Source: an uncultured Acidobacteriota bacterium (GTDB lineage Bacteria > Acidobacteriota > Polarisedimenticolia > J045). From it: a stretch of DNA of 64,000 bases. The notes under the pieces are model-generated. The model was given only the letters and a program-made list of their open reading frames with translations, made no database searches and was not told the origin of the DNA. Shown here one piece after another: positions 38,989 through 47,824 of the stretch. A program made the position numbers and the translations under genes. The stretch is taken from assembly GCA_963702545.1 (NCBI GenBank), contig CAVPDB010000001.1:972-64971 (forward strand), written 5' to 3'. Every line of letters starts with the position of its first letter. The stretch's first letter is position 1.

Positions 38989-40263
38989 GTGAGCGATCGG
39001 CCGCGACGGGTCCTCGTCACGGGCGTGGGGGCGTTGAGCCCGCTCGGCCTCGACGCGGAGTCGACCTGGCGCGGCCTGATCGAGGGCCGCTCCGGGATCG
39101 GACCGATCACGCATTTCGACCCCGCGGGGTTTCCCTCGCGCATCGCCGGCGAGGTCAAGGGCTTCGATCCGGAGCGTTGGCTCGACCCGCGTGACGTCAA
39201 GAAGTTCGACCGCTTCGTCCACTTCGCCGTCGCGGCGACGCGGATGGCGATCGACGACGCGGGCCTCGACCTCGAGGCCGTCGATCGCGACCGCGTGGCC
39301 GTCGTGATCGGCTCGGGCATCGGCGGGATGGGGCTGTTCGAGCGCGAGAACCGCGCCTACGTCGAGCGCCGCCTGGCCGAGCCCGACCGGCCCGACAAGG
39401 CGGTCCGCCGGATCACGCCGTACTTCATCCCCGGCGTGATCATCAACATGGCAAGCGGCGTGGTCTCGATCCAGTTCGGGCTGCGCGGCCCGAACGTGGC
39501 CACGGTGACGGCCTGCGCCACGGGCAACCACGCGATCGGCGACGCCTTCCGGATGCTGAGGCACGGCGACGCCGACGTCGCGATCTGCGGCGGCACCGAG
39601 GGCGTGATCACCGAGATGTCGGTCGGCGGGTTCTCGGCGATGAAGGCGCTCTCGACCCGCAACGACGAGCCGGAGCGGGCCTCGCGCCCGTTCGACCGGG
39701 ATCGCGACGGGTTCGTGATCGCCGAGGGCTGCGGGCTGCTCGTGCTGGAGACCGAGGAGCACGCCCGGGCCCGCGGCGCGCGCGCGCTGGCCGAGATCGC
39801 CGGCTTCGGGATGAGCGGCGACGCCCACCACATCTCGGCGCCGCCGGAGGACGGCAGCGGCATGGTCCGCGTGATGAACGCCTGCCTGCGCGACGCCGAC
39901 CTGACCCCGGCCGACGTCGGGTACGTGAACGCCCACGGGACCTCGACCCCCACCGGCGACGTGATCGAGGCCGGGGCGGTCCGCACGGTCTTCGGGCCGC
40001 ACGCCGACTCGGTGCTGGTCTCCTCGACCAAGTCGGCGACCGGCCACCTGCTGGGGGCGGCCGGAGGGCTCGAGGCGGTCGCGGCGATCTACGCGCTGGC
40101 GCGCGGCGTGATCCCGCCGACGATCAACCTCGAGAACCAGGACCCCGCCGTGCATTTGGACTGCGTGCCGCTCAAGGCGCGCGAGCAGCGCGTCGACGCG
40201 GTGCTCTCGAACTCCTTCGGCTTCGGCGGGACCAACGCCACCCTGGCCTTCAAAAAACCGTAG
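38989..40263 (+). CDS. fabF: 3-oxoacyl-ACP synthase II
   Basis: TACATGNHAIG, NAHGTSTP and NSFGFGGTNATL. The TAG stop lies inside the REP element. Confidence 0.93.
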   Translation: MSDRPRRVLVTGVGALSPLGLDAESTWRGLIEGRSGIGPITHFDPAGFPSRIAGEVKGFDPERWLDPRDVKKFDRFVHFAVAATRMAIDDAGLDLEAVDRDRVAVVIGSGIGGMGLFERENRAYVERRLAEPDRPDKAVRRITPYFIPGVIINMASGVVSIQFGLRGPNVATVTACATGNHAIGDAFRMLRHGDADVAICGGTEGVITEMSVGGFSAMKALSTRNDEPERASRPFDRDRDGFVIAEGCGLLVLETEEHARARGARALAEIAGFGMSGDAHHISAPPEDGSGMVRVMNACLRDADLTPADVGYVNAHGTSTPTGDVIEAGAVRTVFGPHADSVLVSSTKSATGHLLGAAGGLEAVAAIYALARGVIPPTINLENQDPAVHLDCVPLKAREQRVDAVLSNSFGFGGTNATLAFKKP

Positions 40264-40389
40264 GGGCCGGCCTCTGTGCCGGCCCGCGCCCTCTGTGCCG
40301 GCCCGCGGCCTCTGTGCCGGCCCGCGGCCTCTGTGCCGGCCCGCGGCACGGGTCCTGATCGTCGGGCCGCCACGGAGGGCGGCCCCTAC
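40260..40389. repeat. REP-like palindromic element cluster 2 (GTAGGGGCCGG..., four tandem 19-nt GGCCTCTGTGCCGGCCCGC units, terminal GGGCCGCC-ACGGAG-GGCGGCCCCTAC)
   Basis: Read directly. It is flanked by convergent fabF and the GAPDH-like gene, and both TAG stops lie in the terminal GTAG/CTAC. Confidence 0.85.
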
Positions 40390-41462
40390 ACCTCGTTGAA
40401 GAAGAACGGCTTGAGCACCTGGATCCGGGCCTCGTACGTCGCCGGGTCGAGGAACCAGCAGGTCGCAGCCACCGACGAGAGCAGCGGGTTGCCGTCCTGC
40501 GGGGTGAAGCAGAACCCCTTGACCTCGTAGCCGCGCGGCGTCTCGCGCACCGCGAGCGTTTTCTTCGCGATCACGGTCTGGTTCAGGATCCGGCCGAAGT
40601 GCCCCTGGTCGCGCCCGAACGAAAAGACCGTGTTCGCGCTCTTCTTGTGGGTCAGGGCGATCCGGTCGTCCGCCTCCATGCGCTCGACCACCGAGTCGAT
40701 GGTGGTCCGGTTGCGGACCACGATCGAGAACCAGATGGTGTGCATGTACTGCGTGTTGACGATCATCGCCGAGCTGTAGAGCGAAAGATCATAGCCGAGC
40801 GTCTTGAACAGGTGGTATGCGTCCCGGGCGTGGTGGGTCCCGAAGCGCTCGTCCTTGTGGCTGCCGACTTCCGGCGAGGGGACGAACTTGCCGTCCTGGC
40901 TGATGTCGTTGGCCCGGCGCACGCAGACGAACTGGCCGTCGATCAGGTTGCCCGGGCCGCCGTCCTCCAGTGCGATCGTCTTGACCAGGACCGAGATGTT
41001 GTGGGTGTTGCAGGAAACGATCTGGACGTAGCGGTCGTCGCCCGGGCGCAGCGCGGCGTCGTTGATTCCCCGGGCGTAGGGCTTGCCGAACCCGAACTCG
41101 CTGCCCTGCGCCAGGAACCCGCGCACGGTCTTCTCGTGCCGCGTGTAGAGCTGCTGCTTGTTGTCGTTGCCGACCGGCGTGCAGTCGATCACGATGGTGG
41201 CGCGTTCGAGCGCAGCCTGTTCGTCGTAGTCCGGGTTGAGCCCGATCTCGCGGAAACCGCCGGTCGCGCCGGCGTCGGCGACGAAGCGGGCCCCGCGCCG
41301 GACCAGGCTCAGCACCTTCGAGCGGTCGGTCAGCAGCGGCGTGCGCTTGTGGAAGGTGACCTCGTCGATGCCGAGCGCCTCGCGCAGGTCGCAGAGGAGC
41401 CCGATCAGCGGCTCTCCGATGGTTCCTGTTCCGACGACGTGGACGACCACCTTGTTCGCCAT
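40386..41462 (-). CDS. Class II (archaeal-type) glyceraldehyde-3-phosphate dehydrogenase-like NAD(P) dehydrogenase
   Basis: 358 aa beginning MANKVVVHVVGTGTIGEPL (Rossmann fold). The catalytic-Cys block is IVSCNTHNI. Only the C-terminal part of ORF 40386-42740 looks like coding sequence. Confidence 0.55.
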   Translation of the reverse strand: MANKVVVHVVGTGTIGEPLIGLLCDLREALGIDEVTFHKRTPLLTDRSKVLSLVRRGARFVADAGATGGFREIGLNPDYDEQAALERATIVIDCTPVGNDNKQQLYTRHEKTVRGFLAQGSEFGFGKPYARGINDAALRPGDDRYVQIVSCNTHNISVLVKTIALEDGGPGNLIDGQFVCVRRANDISQDGKFVPSPEVGSHKDERFGTHHARDAYHLFKTLGYDLSLYSSAMIVNTQYMHTIWFSIVVRNRTTIDSVVERMEADDRIALTHKKSANTVFSFGRDQGHFGRILNQTVIAKKTLAVRETPRGYEVKGFCFTPQDGNPLLSSVAATCWFLDPATYEARIQVLKPFFFNEV

Positions 41463-41510
41463 GGCCTCGAACTCCCGTTCGTTCCCGGGGGACGCCGCCC
41501 GCGCGGCGTT

Positions 41511-41539
41511 CTTGACGACCGGAAACAGGCTCCTTAGCA
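41511..41539 (+). promoter_or_regulatory. Candidate promoter for the hprK operon (TTGACG-N17-TAGCAT)
   Basis: ttgacg at 41511-41516 and tagcat at 41534-41539, in a locally AT-richer divergent intergenic region. Confidence 0.3.
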
Positions 41540-41582
41540 TACAGCTCGCCGTTACTCTTTGTAAGACCAGAGTGGAGGGGTA

Positions 41583-42548
41583 TTGATCGAGCCGCCCCGG
41601 AGCGCACCGGAACTGAACGTCGGCGAGCTGCTGCTCGCCGTCGGGGAGCGGCTCAACGCCGCCGTCCGCGGCGGGCAAGAGCACCTCCAGCGCCCGATCG
41701 CCAGCCAGGCGATCCAGAAGCCCGGGCTCGTGATGGCCGGGCTCTGGGAGTACTACCACCCGGAGCGGCTCCAGGTCTTCGGCAAGAGCGAGGACCAGTA
41801 CCTGCGGCAGCTCGCGCCCGGCGCGGCGGCCGAGGTCGTGGGCCGGCTCTGCGACGGCCCCGTGCCGGCGCTCGTCATGGCCTTCGGGCTGGAGCCGCAC
41901 CCCGTGCTCCAGGCCGAGTGCGACCGGCGCGGGATCCCGATCCTCGTCACCCCGCAGCCGACCGACCGCGTGGTCGAGATCCTGGTCCGCTACCTCGCGA
42001 TGCGCCTCGCCCCCTCGGTCCGCGTCCACGGCGTGCTGATCGACATCTACGGGCTGGGGGTCCTGATCCTGGGCGAGTCGGGGATCGGTAAGAGCGAGTC
42101 CGCTCTGGAACTCGTGACGCGCGGCCACAGGCTGGTGGCCGACGACTCGGTCGAGATCCGGGAGGTCGACGACCAGCCGGTCGGGAACTCCCCGGGGCTC
42201 ACCCGGCACCTGATGGAGGTGCGGGGGCTGGGGATCGTCAACGTGGTCGAGCTGTTCGGCGTCACCTCGGTGCTCGAGAGCAAGCCGGTCGAGCAGGTGG
42301 TGCGGCTGTTCCGGTACGAGCCCGGGATGAGCGTCGACCGGCTCGGCGGCCGCCACGAGACCGAGATCCTGGGCCACCGCCTGCCGCTGATCGAGATCCC
42401 GGTCGCCCCCGGCCGCAACCTCGCGGTGCTGCTCGAGATGTCCGCACGGCTCCAGTTGCTCAAGGGGCACGGCCGCGACGCCTCGCGCGACCTGCAGGCG
42501 GAGATCAACCGGATGATCGGGGCCCAGGCCGGCGAGACCCCGCCATGA
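41583..42548 (+). CDS. hprK: HPr kinase/phosphorylase
   Basis: GVLIDIYGLGVLILGESGIGKSE (P-loop) and LVADDSVEI. TTG/alternative start as in the ORF track. Confidence 0.9.
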   Translation: MIEPPRSAPELNVGELLLAVGERLNAAVRGGQEHLQRPIASQAIQKPGLVMAGLWEYYHPERLQVFGKSEDQYLRQLAPGAAAEVVGRLCDGPVPALVMAFGLEPHPVLQAECDRRGIPILVTPQPTDRVVEILVRYLAMRLAPSVRVHGVLIDIYGLGVLILGESGIGKSESALELVTRGHRLVADDSVEIREVDDQPVGNSPGLTRHLMEVRGLGIVNVVELFGVTSVLESKPVEQVVRLFRYEPGMSVDRLGGRHETEILGHRLPLIEIPVAPGRNLAVLLEMSARLQLLKGHGRDASRDLQAEINRMIGAQAGETPP

Positions 42549-43429
42549 CCCAGCTGGTCGTCGTGACCGGCCTCTCCGGTTCGGGCAAAACGCAGGCGCT
42601 GCGCTGCCTCGAGGACATGGGCTACTTCGCGGTCGACAACCTGCCGATCCCGCTGATCCCGTCGTTCGTCGAGCTGCTGGGGCGAAGCCAGGGGGCCGAG
42701 GCCCGCGGCGCCTTCGTCGCCGACGTCCGCGACAGCGCAAACCTGGCGGGGTTGCCGGCCGTGCTCGAGGACCTGCGGCAGCGCGAAGGGCTGGAGGTCC
42801 GCCTGCTGTTCCTCGAGGCGCAGGAGGAGACGCTGGTGCGGCGCTTTTCCGAGACCCGGCGGCCGCACCCGCTCGACAAGGGGAGCGCCACCGGGGTCGC
42901 CGAGGCGATCCGCCACGAGGCCGCGCTGCTGGCCGACCTCCGGGCCGCGGCCGACGCCGTGATCGGCACCGACGCGATGTCGCCGCACGAGCTGCGGCGG
43001 GTGGTGCAGAACAGCCTCGACCCGGGACGCGAGTCCTCGCCGCTCCACGTCCGGGTCGTCTCGTTCGGGTTCAAGTTCGGCCTGCCGCGCGAGGCCGACA
43101 TGGTCTTCGACGCGCGCTTTCTCCCCAACCCCTACTTCAAGCCCGAGCTGCGCGGCAAGGACGGCCGTGACGCGGAGGTCTCGGGTTACCTCGAGCAGCA
43201 GGCCGGCTACCGCGAGTTCGCGGAACGGGTCGAGGACCTGCTGGAGTTCGTGATGCCGCGCTTCGTCGGGGAAGGGAAGAGCTACTTCACGCTGGGGATC
43301 GGCTGCACCGGGGGCCGCCACCGCTCGGTCGCGCTGTCCGAGCGCCTCGCGGCCTGGCTGCGCACCGCCGGCTACCAGACGACCGTCTCGCACCGTGACC
43401 TCGTCCGCGACTCGGAAAGGCCGCGATGA
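42545..43429 (+). CDS. rapZ: RNase adapter protein RapZ (YvcJ/YhbJ family)
   Basis: VVVTGLSGSGKTQALRCLEDMGYFAVDNLP and IGCTGGRHRSV. Confidence 0.9.
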   Translation: MTQLVVVTGLSGSGKTQALRCLEDMGYFAVDNLPIPLIPSFVELLGRSQGAEARGAFVADVRDSANLAGLPAVLEDLRQREGLEVRLLFLEAQEETLVRRFSETRRPHPLDKGSATGVAEAIRHEAALLADLRAAADAVIGTDAMSPHELRRVVQNSLDPGRESSPLHVRVVSFGFKFGLPREADMVFDARFLPNPYFKPELRGKDGRDAEVSGYLEQQAGYREFAERVEDLLEFVMPRFVGEGKSYFTLGIGCTGGRHRSVALSERLAAWLRTAGYQTTVSHRDLVRDSERPR

Positions 43430-43836
43430 TCGGGATCCTGGTCGTGACCCACGGGAACGTCGCCGCCGAGTTGGCCGACGCGGGGCGGAAGATCGTCGCG
43501 AAGGAGTCCCCGCTGGTGGCGCTGGCGCTGGACTGGGACGACGACGTGACCGACGCCCGGCGCCAGATCGCCGAGGCGATCGCGGCCGTCGATCGGGGGG
43601 CCGGCGTGTTGATCCTGACCGACATGTTCGGCGGCACGCCGACCAACCTCGCGATGACCTTCTACGCCCCCGGCAAGGTGGAGGTCGTGACCGGCGTGAA
43701 CCTGCCGATGCTGGTGAAGGCGCTCACCCTGCGGGAGGACGCGGCGCTCGCCGAGGCGGCCCAGCTGCTGGCCGAGAAGGGGCGGAGCGCGATCAGCGTC
43801 GCGGGCTCGCTTCTCGGGACCCACGGCGAGGCCTGA
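43426..43836 (+). CDS. PTS EIIA component, mannose/fructose family
   Basis: IGILVVTHGNVA (phospho-His region) and LILTDMFGGTP. Confidence 0.85.
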   Translation: MIGILVVTHGNVAAELADAGRKIVAKESPLVALALDWDDDVTDARRQIAEAIAAVDRGAGVLILTDMFGGTPTNLAMTFYAPGKVEVVTGVNLPMLVKALTLREDAALAEAAQLLAEKGRSAISVAGSLLGTHGEA

Positions 43837-43840
43837 CGCC

Positions 43841-44113
43841 GTGCCCGAGCGCACGGTGCGGCTGGTCAATCGGCTTGGCCTGCACGCCCGCGCCGCGGCG
43901 CGTTTCGTCGACCTCGCCGGGCGCTTCCGGTCCTCGATCGTGGTCGCGATGGGAGGGATCGGCGTGGACGGGAAGTCGATCCTCGGGATCCTGACCCTGG
44001 CCGCGCCGTGCGGCACGGAACTGCGGCTGGTGGCGGACGGGGACGATGCCGAGGCCGCGCTCGCGGCGCTGGCCGGCCTGGTCGCGGAAGGCTTCGGGGA
44101 GGAGCCGGCGTGA
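43841..44113 (+). CDS. ptsH: Phosphocarrier protein HPr
   Basis: NRLGLHARAAA (His15 region) and GKSILGIL (Ser46 region). Confidence 0.9.
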   Translation: MPERTVRLVNRLGLHARAAARFVDLAGRFRSSIVVAMGGIGVDGKSILGILTLAAPCGTELRLVADGDDAEAALAALAGLVAEGFGEEPA

Positions 44114-45921
44114 TCACGCTGCAGGGGATCGGCTCGAGCTCCGGCATCGCCGTCGGGCAGGCCCTGTCGGTCGGGCGGCACGAGCTGCACGTCCCGCGTT
44201 ACCGGATCCGGGCCGAGGAGATCCCGCGCGAGCTGCGCCGCTTCTGGGCCGCGCGGCGCCAGGCCCGCGAGGAGATCCAGACGCTGCGCGACAACGCGGC
44301 CCGCAAGCTGGGGTCCAAGTACGCCGGGATCTTCGACGCGCACCTGCTGATCCTCGAGGACCGCAAGCTGGGGCGCGAGACGGTCCAGCGGGTCCGCCAC
44401 CGCCGCCACAACGTCGAATGGAGCCTGGCGGCGACCGTCAACAACCTGCTGACGACGCTCGACGCGGTGGAAGACCCCTACCTGCGCGAGCGGGGGGGCG
44501 ACATCGTCGACGTCCACGAGCGGCTGCAGCGGATCCTCGCCGGCGCGACGAACCGGCACGCCGGACGGCTCGATCTGACCGAGGACACGGTGATCCTCGC
44601 GCACTCCCTGTCGCCTTCCGACGCGATCTGGCTCAACCAGCCGCGGATCGTCGGAATCGCGACCGAGAAGGGAGGACCGACCTCGCACACGGCGATCCTG
44701 GCGGCGGCGCTGGGGATCCCGGCCGTGCTGGGAGTCGACCGGCTGCTCGAGACGGCGGTCGAGGGCGAGGCGGTCGTGGTCGACAGCCAGGGCGGAGCCG
44801 TGCTGCTCCAGGCGGGCGAGACGGCGCAGGAGGAGTTCCGGGCCCGCGGGGCCGACCTGCGGCGGCGGGCCATGCGCACCGTGCTGCGCGGACCGCTCCA
44901 CACGACCGACGGCGTCGAGGTGCAGGTCGCCGCCAATCTCGAATTCCCGGAGGAGATGGCCGCGCTCGAGCGGGTCGGGGCGCAGGGGGTCGGCCTGTTC
45001 CGGACCGAATTCCTGTGGCTCGCCCGCGGCGGGAGCGCACCGAGCGAGGACGAGCACCTCGAGGCCTACCGCCGGTTGCTCTCGATCGACCTCCAGGCGC
45101 CGGTCGTGATCCGGACGCTCGACCTGGGCGGGGAGAAGCTCCCCGCGGGGGACGCGCGTCGCGAGGAGGAGCCGAACCCGGTGATGGGCCTGCGCGCGGT
45201 GCGCTACTGCCTGGCGCACCCCGGGATCTTCCGCGCGCAACTGCGGGCGGTCTTCCGCGCCGCGGCCGAGACGAACCGGGTCTGGATCATGGTCCCGATG
45301 ATCTCCGGGCTGGAGGAGTGGCGCGCCGTCCGCCGCTTCGTCGAGCAGGTCAGGGACGAGGTGACGCGCGAGGGGGTGATCGTCCCGCACGTGCCGCTCG
45401 GCTGCATGATCGAGGTGCCGTCCGCGGCCCTCGTGGCCGACCGGCTGGCGCGGGAGGCCGACTTCCTCTCGATCGGCAGCAACGACCTGATCCAGTACGC
45501 GCTTGCGGTCGACCGCGGCAACAGCCGGGTGGCCTACCTGCACGACCCCTGGCACCCGGCGGTCCTGCGGCTGATCCGGATGGCGGTCGAAGCCGGCCGG
45601 GCGGCCGGGATCCCGGTCACCTTCTGCGGCGAGATGTCGTCCGACCCGCTCGGCGCGCTGACCTTGCTGGGGCTGGGGGTGACGCGCTTTTCCTGCACCC
45701 CGTCCCAGATCTCGACGGTCCGGGAGACCGTCGCTGCCGCCTCCGCGCGGCGCTGGGCCGAACTGGTGGAGGAGGCCTCGAGCCTGCCGACAGGGCGGGA
45801 GATCCACGACCGCCTGGACGCCGAGGCGTCGCGCCTGCTCCCCTGGCGGCCGGGCGGGGCCCGGGCCGCGGTCGGCCCGCCGGAGACGCCGGGGCCGGGG
45901 CCGGTCCCGACGCCATCCTGA
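44110..45921 (+). CDS. ptsI: PTS enzyme I (phosphoenolpyruvate-protein phosphotransferase)
   Basis: GTG at 44110 overlaps the ptsH stop. Matches are GGPTSHTAILA, GLFRTEFL and SIGSNDLIQY. Confidence 0.92.
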   Translation: MITLQGIGSSSGIAVGQALSVGRHELHVPRYRIRAEEIPRELRRFWAARRQAREEIQTLRDNAARKLGSKYAGIFDAHLLILEDRKLGRETVQRVRHRRHNVEWSLAATVNNLLTTLDAVEDPYLRERGGDIVDVHERLQRILAGATNRHAGRLDLTEDTVILAHSLSPSDAIWLNQPRIVGIATEKGGPTSHTAILAAALGIPAVLGVDRLLETAVEGEAVVVDSQGGAVLLQAGETAQEEFRARGADLRRRAMRTVLRGPLHTTDGVEVQVAANLEFPEEMAALERVGAQGVGLFRTEFLWLARGGSAPSEDEHLEAYRRLLSIDLQAPVVIRTLDLGGEKLPAGDARREEEPNPVMGLRAVRYCLAHPGIFRAQLRAVFRAAAETNRVWIMVPMISGLEEWRAVRRFVEQVRDEVTREGVIVPHVPLGCMIEVPSAALVADRLAREADFLSIGSNDLIQYALAVDRGNSRVAYLHDPWHPAVLRLIRMAVEAGRAAGIPVTFCGEMSSDPLGALTLLGLGVTRFSCTPSQISTVRETVAAASARRWAELVEEASSLPTGREIHDRLDAEASRLLPWRPGGARAAVGPPETPGPGPVPTPS

Positions 45922-45977
45922 GGGGAGGGCCTTTCCGGGCCCTCTGGTACAATTTCGCGCCCCCAGGAGATCCAATC

Positions 45978-47081
45978 GTGTCGATCCAGCGCGCCGGAAG
46001 CGAGAGCGAGCTGATCCGACCGGCCGACGTCTGCGCGCGCCTCGACGTCCAGCCGTACATCCTCAAGTTCTGGGAGAGCGAATTCCCGCTGCTCGGGCGG
46101 CGGGTCGGCGCGAAGCGGCTCTACGACGAGGCCGCCTTCGAGATGGTCCGCGAGATCCGGCGCCTGGTGCTGGACGAGCGGCGGTCGCTGGCCGAAGCGC
46201 GGACGGTGCTGGACGCCCGTTTCGGGGGCGAGGCGCCGCCGCCGGCCACGGCGGAGGCCGCGCTGCCGGCGCCGTCCGGCGCGGCGGAGGGCGCGGGGGC
46301 GGAGGCGCTGGCCGAGAAGCTGCGCGAGGCCCGCGAGCGCGTGGGTCTGCTCGAGCGTGAGGTGGAGGCCGCCCAGGACCTGCTTCGGCGGGTCCAGGCC
46401 CTGCAGGGCCGCGTGGCGGAGCTCGAGGACGCTCTGGCCCGCGCCGACGCCGACCGCCGCGGCGCCCTGGCCGCCCAGGCCGCGGAGCTGAACGCCGATC
46501 TCGCCAAGTCCCGCGAGGCGGTCCGCGGCCGTGAGGACGAGCTGCGCCGGGCGCGCGAGGAGGCGATGGAGATCCGCCGCCACCTCGAGGAGGAGAAGCA
46601 GGTCCGGCTCAAGGCGGCGACCCAGGCCGCCCGGGTGCCCGACCTCGCCGACCAGCTGGCGCGCCTCGAGCGGGAGCTGGTCGCCGAACGCCAGCGGCAC
46701 GGCGAGACCTCCGCCCTGCTGGAAGGGTTGGGCGCGCGGCAGGCGGAGTGGGGCCAGCGCGACCTCGAATGGCGCACCGGCGTCTCGAACACGATCTCCG
46801 CCGCGCTGCGCGAGGTGCGCGAGATCGCGTTCCACGCCGAGGGGCTGGAGAAGGCGCTGGAGCCGGTCGAGAGCCGGCCGCGTCGCGTCCCCCCGCCCGC
46901 CCCGCCGGCGCCGGTCCCGGACCCGCCGGCCGACATCGAGGACCTCGCCGCGGAGGCGCTCCAGGAGAGCCTCGCCGGCGCAGAGAAGCCGGACGACGAA
47001 CTGGCCGCACCCGCGGAACCGCCCGGCCCCGCGGCCGGAAACGGGAACGGCAACGGCCACGGCGGCCCCGCCGCCGGGTGA
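45978..47081 (+). CDS. MerR-type HTH protein with a long coiled-coil and Pro-rich tail (RacA-like architecture)
   Basis: SD aggaga, GTG at 45978. The N-terminus reads LIRPADVCARLDVQPYILKFWESEFPLL. About 200 aa of heptad-like E/R/A/L-rich sequence follow. Confidence 0.7.
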   Translation: MSIQRAGSESELIRPADVCARLDVQPYILKFWESEFPLLGRRVGAKRLYDEAAFEMVREIRRLVLDERRSLAEARTVLDARFGGEAPPPATAEAALPAPSGAAEGAGAEALAEKLREARERVGLLEREVEAAQDLLRRVQALQGRVAELEDALARADADRRGALAAQAAELNADLAKSREAVRGREDELRRAREEAMEIRRHLEEEKQVRLKAATQAARVPDLADQLARLERELVAERQRHGETSALLEGLGARQAEWGQRDLEWRTGVSNTISAALREVREIAFHAEGLEKALEPVESRPRRVPPPAPPAPVPDPPADIEDLAAEALQESLAGAEKPDDELAAPAEPPGPAAGNGNGNGHGGPAAG

Positions 47082-47161
47082 TTCCGGCGGCGGCAGCCCC
47101 GCTCCGGTGCTAGAATCCTTCTTCGACCGCCCGCTGGGCGGTCGTTGCTTGTCCAGCCGGT

Positions 47162-47238
47162 CGGGGCGTGGCGCAGCCTGGTAGCGCACTTGCTTGGGGT
47201 GCAAGTGGTCGCCGGTTCAAATCCGGCCGCCCCGACCA
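47162..47238 (+). tRNA. tRNA-Pro (anticodon GGG), CCA encoded
   Basis: CGGGGCG acceptor stem, GCGC/GCGC D stem, anticodon stem CTTGC/GCAAG with loop TTGGGGT, T arm GCCGG-TTCAAAT-CCGGC, then CGCCCCG-A-CCA. Confidence 0.92.
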
Positions 47239-47278
47239 ATCCACTCGGCGATTCTCGGATCCGCGACGCCCGCCCGCG

Positions 47279-47824
47279 CTACGGCGCCGGAGGGGTCAGC
47301 GTGAGGCGCGGGATCCTGTACATGCCGCCTGGCATCGGACCGTATGGCATGCCGGGTGGGAAGTCGGGCGGCCCGCCGCCGAAGATGTAGCTCGCATCTC
47401 TCGACGGGGCGTACAGCGCAATGTACCAGTCGTCGGTCACGATCTCGTCCGGTCCCGCGAACTCCCACGTGAGGGAGGTCACCATCGTCCAGACTGGGAA
47501 CCCGTCCTCGTCGAGGAGGTAGGCGATTCCAGTGTAGGCCCAGGCCTTGGGTCCGACTTTCCAGAGTGGCCCGACCATCAGTGACCGTCTCGCCTCGCCA
47601 GGCCACAGCGGGGGGCCGGCGTAGTCGACCACCATCTGGTACTCGTTGCCGCCGGTCCGGGTGACGGTCATCGTGATGCCCCAGTCCCCGGTCGCGACTG
47701 TCCGGTTGATCCAGGTCCCCTCGATCTCCCAGGGTCCGGCGCCATCCCCCGCCCACGCTGCTGCAGGAACGAGAAGGAGCGCCGCCGCGACCACGCCGAT
47801 CGCGAGCACGCGTTTCGTCTTCAT
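47279..47824 (-). CDS. Secreted hypothetical protein (181 aa)
   Basis: Signal peptide [25 protein letters not shown]. The body is Trp/Tyr/Gly-rich and beta-like, with a Pro/Gly tail. GC is lower than in neighbours. Confidence 0.6.
   Translation of the reverse strand: MKTKRVLAIGVVAAALLLVPAAAWAGDGAGPWEIEGTWINRTVATGDWGITMTVTRTGGNEYQMVVDYAGPPLWPGEARRSLMVGPLWKVGPKAWAYTGIAYLLDEDGFPVWTMVTSLTWEFAGPDEIVTDDWYIALYAPSRDASYIFGGGPPDFPPGMPYGPMPGGMYRIPRLTLTPPAP

Noticed and set aside
40270-40345. Possible CRISPR array (four direct 19-nt repeats)
   Set aside because: The repeats are contiguous with no spacers. They are part of the REP-like palindromic element, and no cas genes are present.
43372-45975. 867-aa ORF antisense to EIIA-ptsH-ptsI, and similar cases (32419-35013 antisense to mutL, 38656-40155 antisense to fabF, 45534-47204 antisense to the MerR-coiled-coil gene, 36806-38395 antisense to fabD/fabG)
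   Set aside because: The sense-strand genes have unmistakable conserved motifs. The antisense translations are low-complexity R/P/G/D-rich.
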